20,000 nucleotides of DNA, taken from contig MU053487.1 of assembly GCA_013239625.1 (NCBI GenBank), positions 491,492 to 511,491 on the forward strand, in the 5' to 3' direction. Position 1 is the first letter of the stretch; the number at the start of each line of letters is the position of its first letter. The position numbers were made by a program, and so were the translations under genes. A model generated the notes under the pieces. It worked only from the letters and a program-made list of their open reading frames with translations. It had not been told where the DNA came from and did not search any database. Positions 18,480 to 20,000 of the stretch are shown piece by piece. This DNA comes from Lama guanicoe (lineage: Eukaryota).

Positions 18480-18925
18480 TCTTAAGAAATAAATCTGATA
18501 CTGTACTTCCTGACAGCTTCTGACCTCTTTCTATTTCTTTGTGTTCCTTCATAGTCCCAAAGGCTTAAAATTAATTTGTATGCTGACAGTTGATTCCCAA
18601 ACAACATCTCTTCTTGGAGCTCTAATCCCATATAGCCAACTGTCAATTTAACAACTCCACTTGTATGCTTGGGTATAAACACTTCCCATCCCCTGGTCCT
18701 ATCAATGGATTATGCACCAGTTTTTTTTTTAAATATCAGTAAATGATTTCACTGACTGTTCAGATGTTCAGGCCCCAAATCCAAGAGGCTGGCTCACTAC
18801 TGCTAATGTTAGCTTTCATGATTTCTTCCCTGGATTTATAAAATGGTCTCATGATCTGGCTCTCTGCTTCTAGCTTGCCTTTCTCTAATGCATTCTCTAC
18901 ACAGCAACCAGCATGGCTACTTTTA
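18480..18925 (+). mobile_element. L2 RT/3' region fragment
   Basis: agtcccaaaggcttaaaa...tatgctgac (YAD remnant)...catatagccaactgtc...ctccacttgtatg...ggtctc...ctctctgcttctagcttgcc...cattctctacacagcaaccag. Confidence 0.65.
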
Positions 18926-19244
18926 TTTATTTTAACCTAGAATATTTTAACTAAAATACATTAAAATTTTTTTACAGCACCATGGCAAAATAAACTTCTA
19001 TAACAAAAGAAGTATATATGCTATTAAAACTTACACAAAAAAGACAGATAAAAATAAAGAAAATAAAAGTATACATTTCCCACAAATGCCACATTAAAAC
19101 TTCTCACAGCATCAGCATCTTTCTCCAATTGTACTGGCTTTCCCAAAACTATAGCAAGGACTTTTTCCTGTTTAATTGGTGTAGTTTCTTCTCAAGATGT
19201 CATTTAATGAGTAAACCTTTCTCTTGCAAGGCATTATAAAGAAG

Positions 19245-19330
19245 TACTTAAAAGGTTGGACCTTTGGAGTTAGTCTGAATTTAAAGACAAGCTCTGTAAA
19301 CAACTATTGTGTAATCTTGGAAACTACTTT
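19245..19330 (+). mobile_element. MIR 5' fragment
   Basis: ggacctttggagttagtctgaatttaaa...gctctg...ctattgtgtaatcttggaaactactt. Confidence 0.5.
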
Positions 19331-19334
19331 TAAA

Positions 19335-19555
19335 ATGTGGTGTTCAGAACAGTAAAAGGACATTAAGAATTAAGGAAATTTGAATGAAGTATGGACTTCA
19401 GTTGAGAATAATGTATTGGTTCCTTAATTGTAACCATACTAATGCAATTTGTTAATTATAATATTAGTACTACTTTGGGGCTTAGGGTATATGAGAACTA
19501 ATTGCAATTTTTGTATAAATGTAAAAGTGTTCAAAAAATCAAGTTTTTAAAAAAT
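19335..19555 (+). mobile_element. L1MC-like 3' terminus
   Basis: gaacagtaaaaggacatta...ggaaatttgaatgaagtatggact...ggttccttaattgtaac...agggtatatgagaact...ttgcaatttttgtataaatgtaaaa. Confidence 0.7.
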
Positions 19556-19569
19556 ATATATATATTTCC

Positions 19570-19990
19570 ACTTCTAAAGATTACAACCGATAGCACCTTA
19601 TGGTATAATCCTTCTGGACCTTTTTTCATAGTATGTAAAATACACATATGGGCACTTGATAATCAAAATGAGATATGGTAATGTACATACTGTTTCATAA
19701 CTTGTTCTTTTGGGTTAATGATCTCCACTTTTCCATGGCAATACATTTTCATCTCATTACAGTTCATCTCTATTCAAATTTCTTCAGTTGTCCTGAAAAT
19801 GCATTTTATAGATGGTCTGTTCAAATCAGGATTCAATCTAGACTCTACATCCCTCAAATTTAAGAGATGGGGACTGCAGAATGCCTTCGGGATTGGTTTG
19901 GTTACTTTTTGCGGTATCATTTAGATTGCTTTTCTCTTCCCTGTATTTCTCATAAAGTATGTGTTAGATGCAAAGAACTGACAAAGTAAA
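19570..19990 (-). mobile_element. Ancient L1 3'UTR fragments (L1ME4/L1MC5-like)
   Basis: aaaatgagat...catactgtttcataacttg...tttccatggcaataca, then tcaaatttcttcagttgtcc...tgttcaaatcaggattcaatc...ccctgtatttc. Confidence 0.5.
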
Positions 19991-20000
19991 GGTAAGGTAA

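Noticed and set aside
17801..18925. Opposite-strand L2 fragments as a possible hairpin/miRNA source
   Set aside because: They appear to derive from different parts of L2, and I see no complementarity between them.
217..19924. Remaining short ORFs in the six-frame track
   Set aside because: They are 60-120 aa, mostly inside TEs or low-complexity DNA, often with non-ATG starts, and show no recognisable host protein motifs.

Overview
Eutherian non-coding (intergenic or intronic) DNA, very probably from a camelid, judged from three tRNA-Ala-derived Vic-1-like SINEs and a lineage-specific L1 3' end. Most of the window is layered transposable-element debris: MIR, L2, old L1M fragments, ERVL/MaLR LTRs (MER21, MLT1, LTR33-like) and the DNA transposons MER2 and MER20. 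Younger L1 and SINE insertions with visible target-site duplications (TSDs) are nested inside these. I found no host protein-coding exon I can identify. The only protein-like ORF is the C-terminus of L1 ORF2 (17010-17573, minus strand). The non-TE highlights are a 5S rRNA retropseudogene with two deletions at direct repeats, a strong CTCF/YY1-like motif near 6666-6697, and a possible terminal exon/3'UTR near 1050-1540. I see no convincing novel biological system. Repeat subfamily names come from recalled consensus sequences, not a database search, and boundaries of old elements are approximate.
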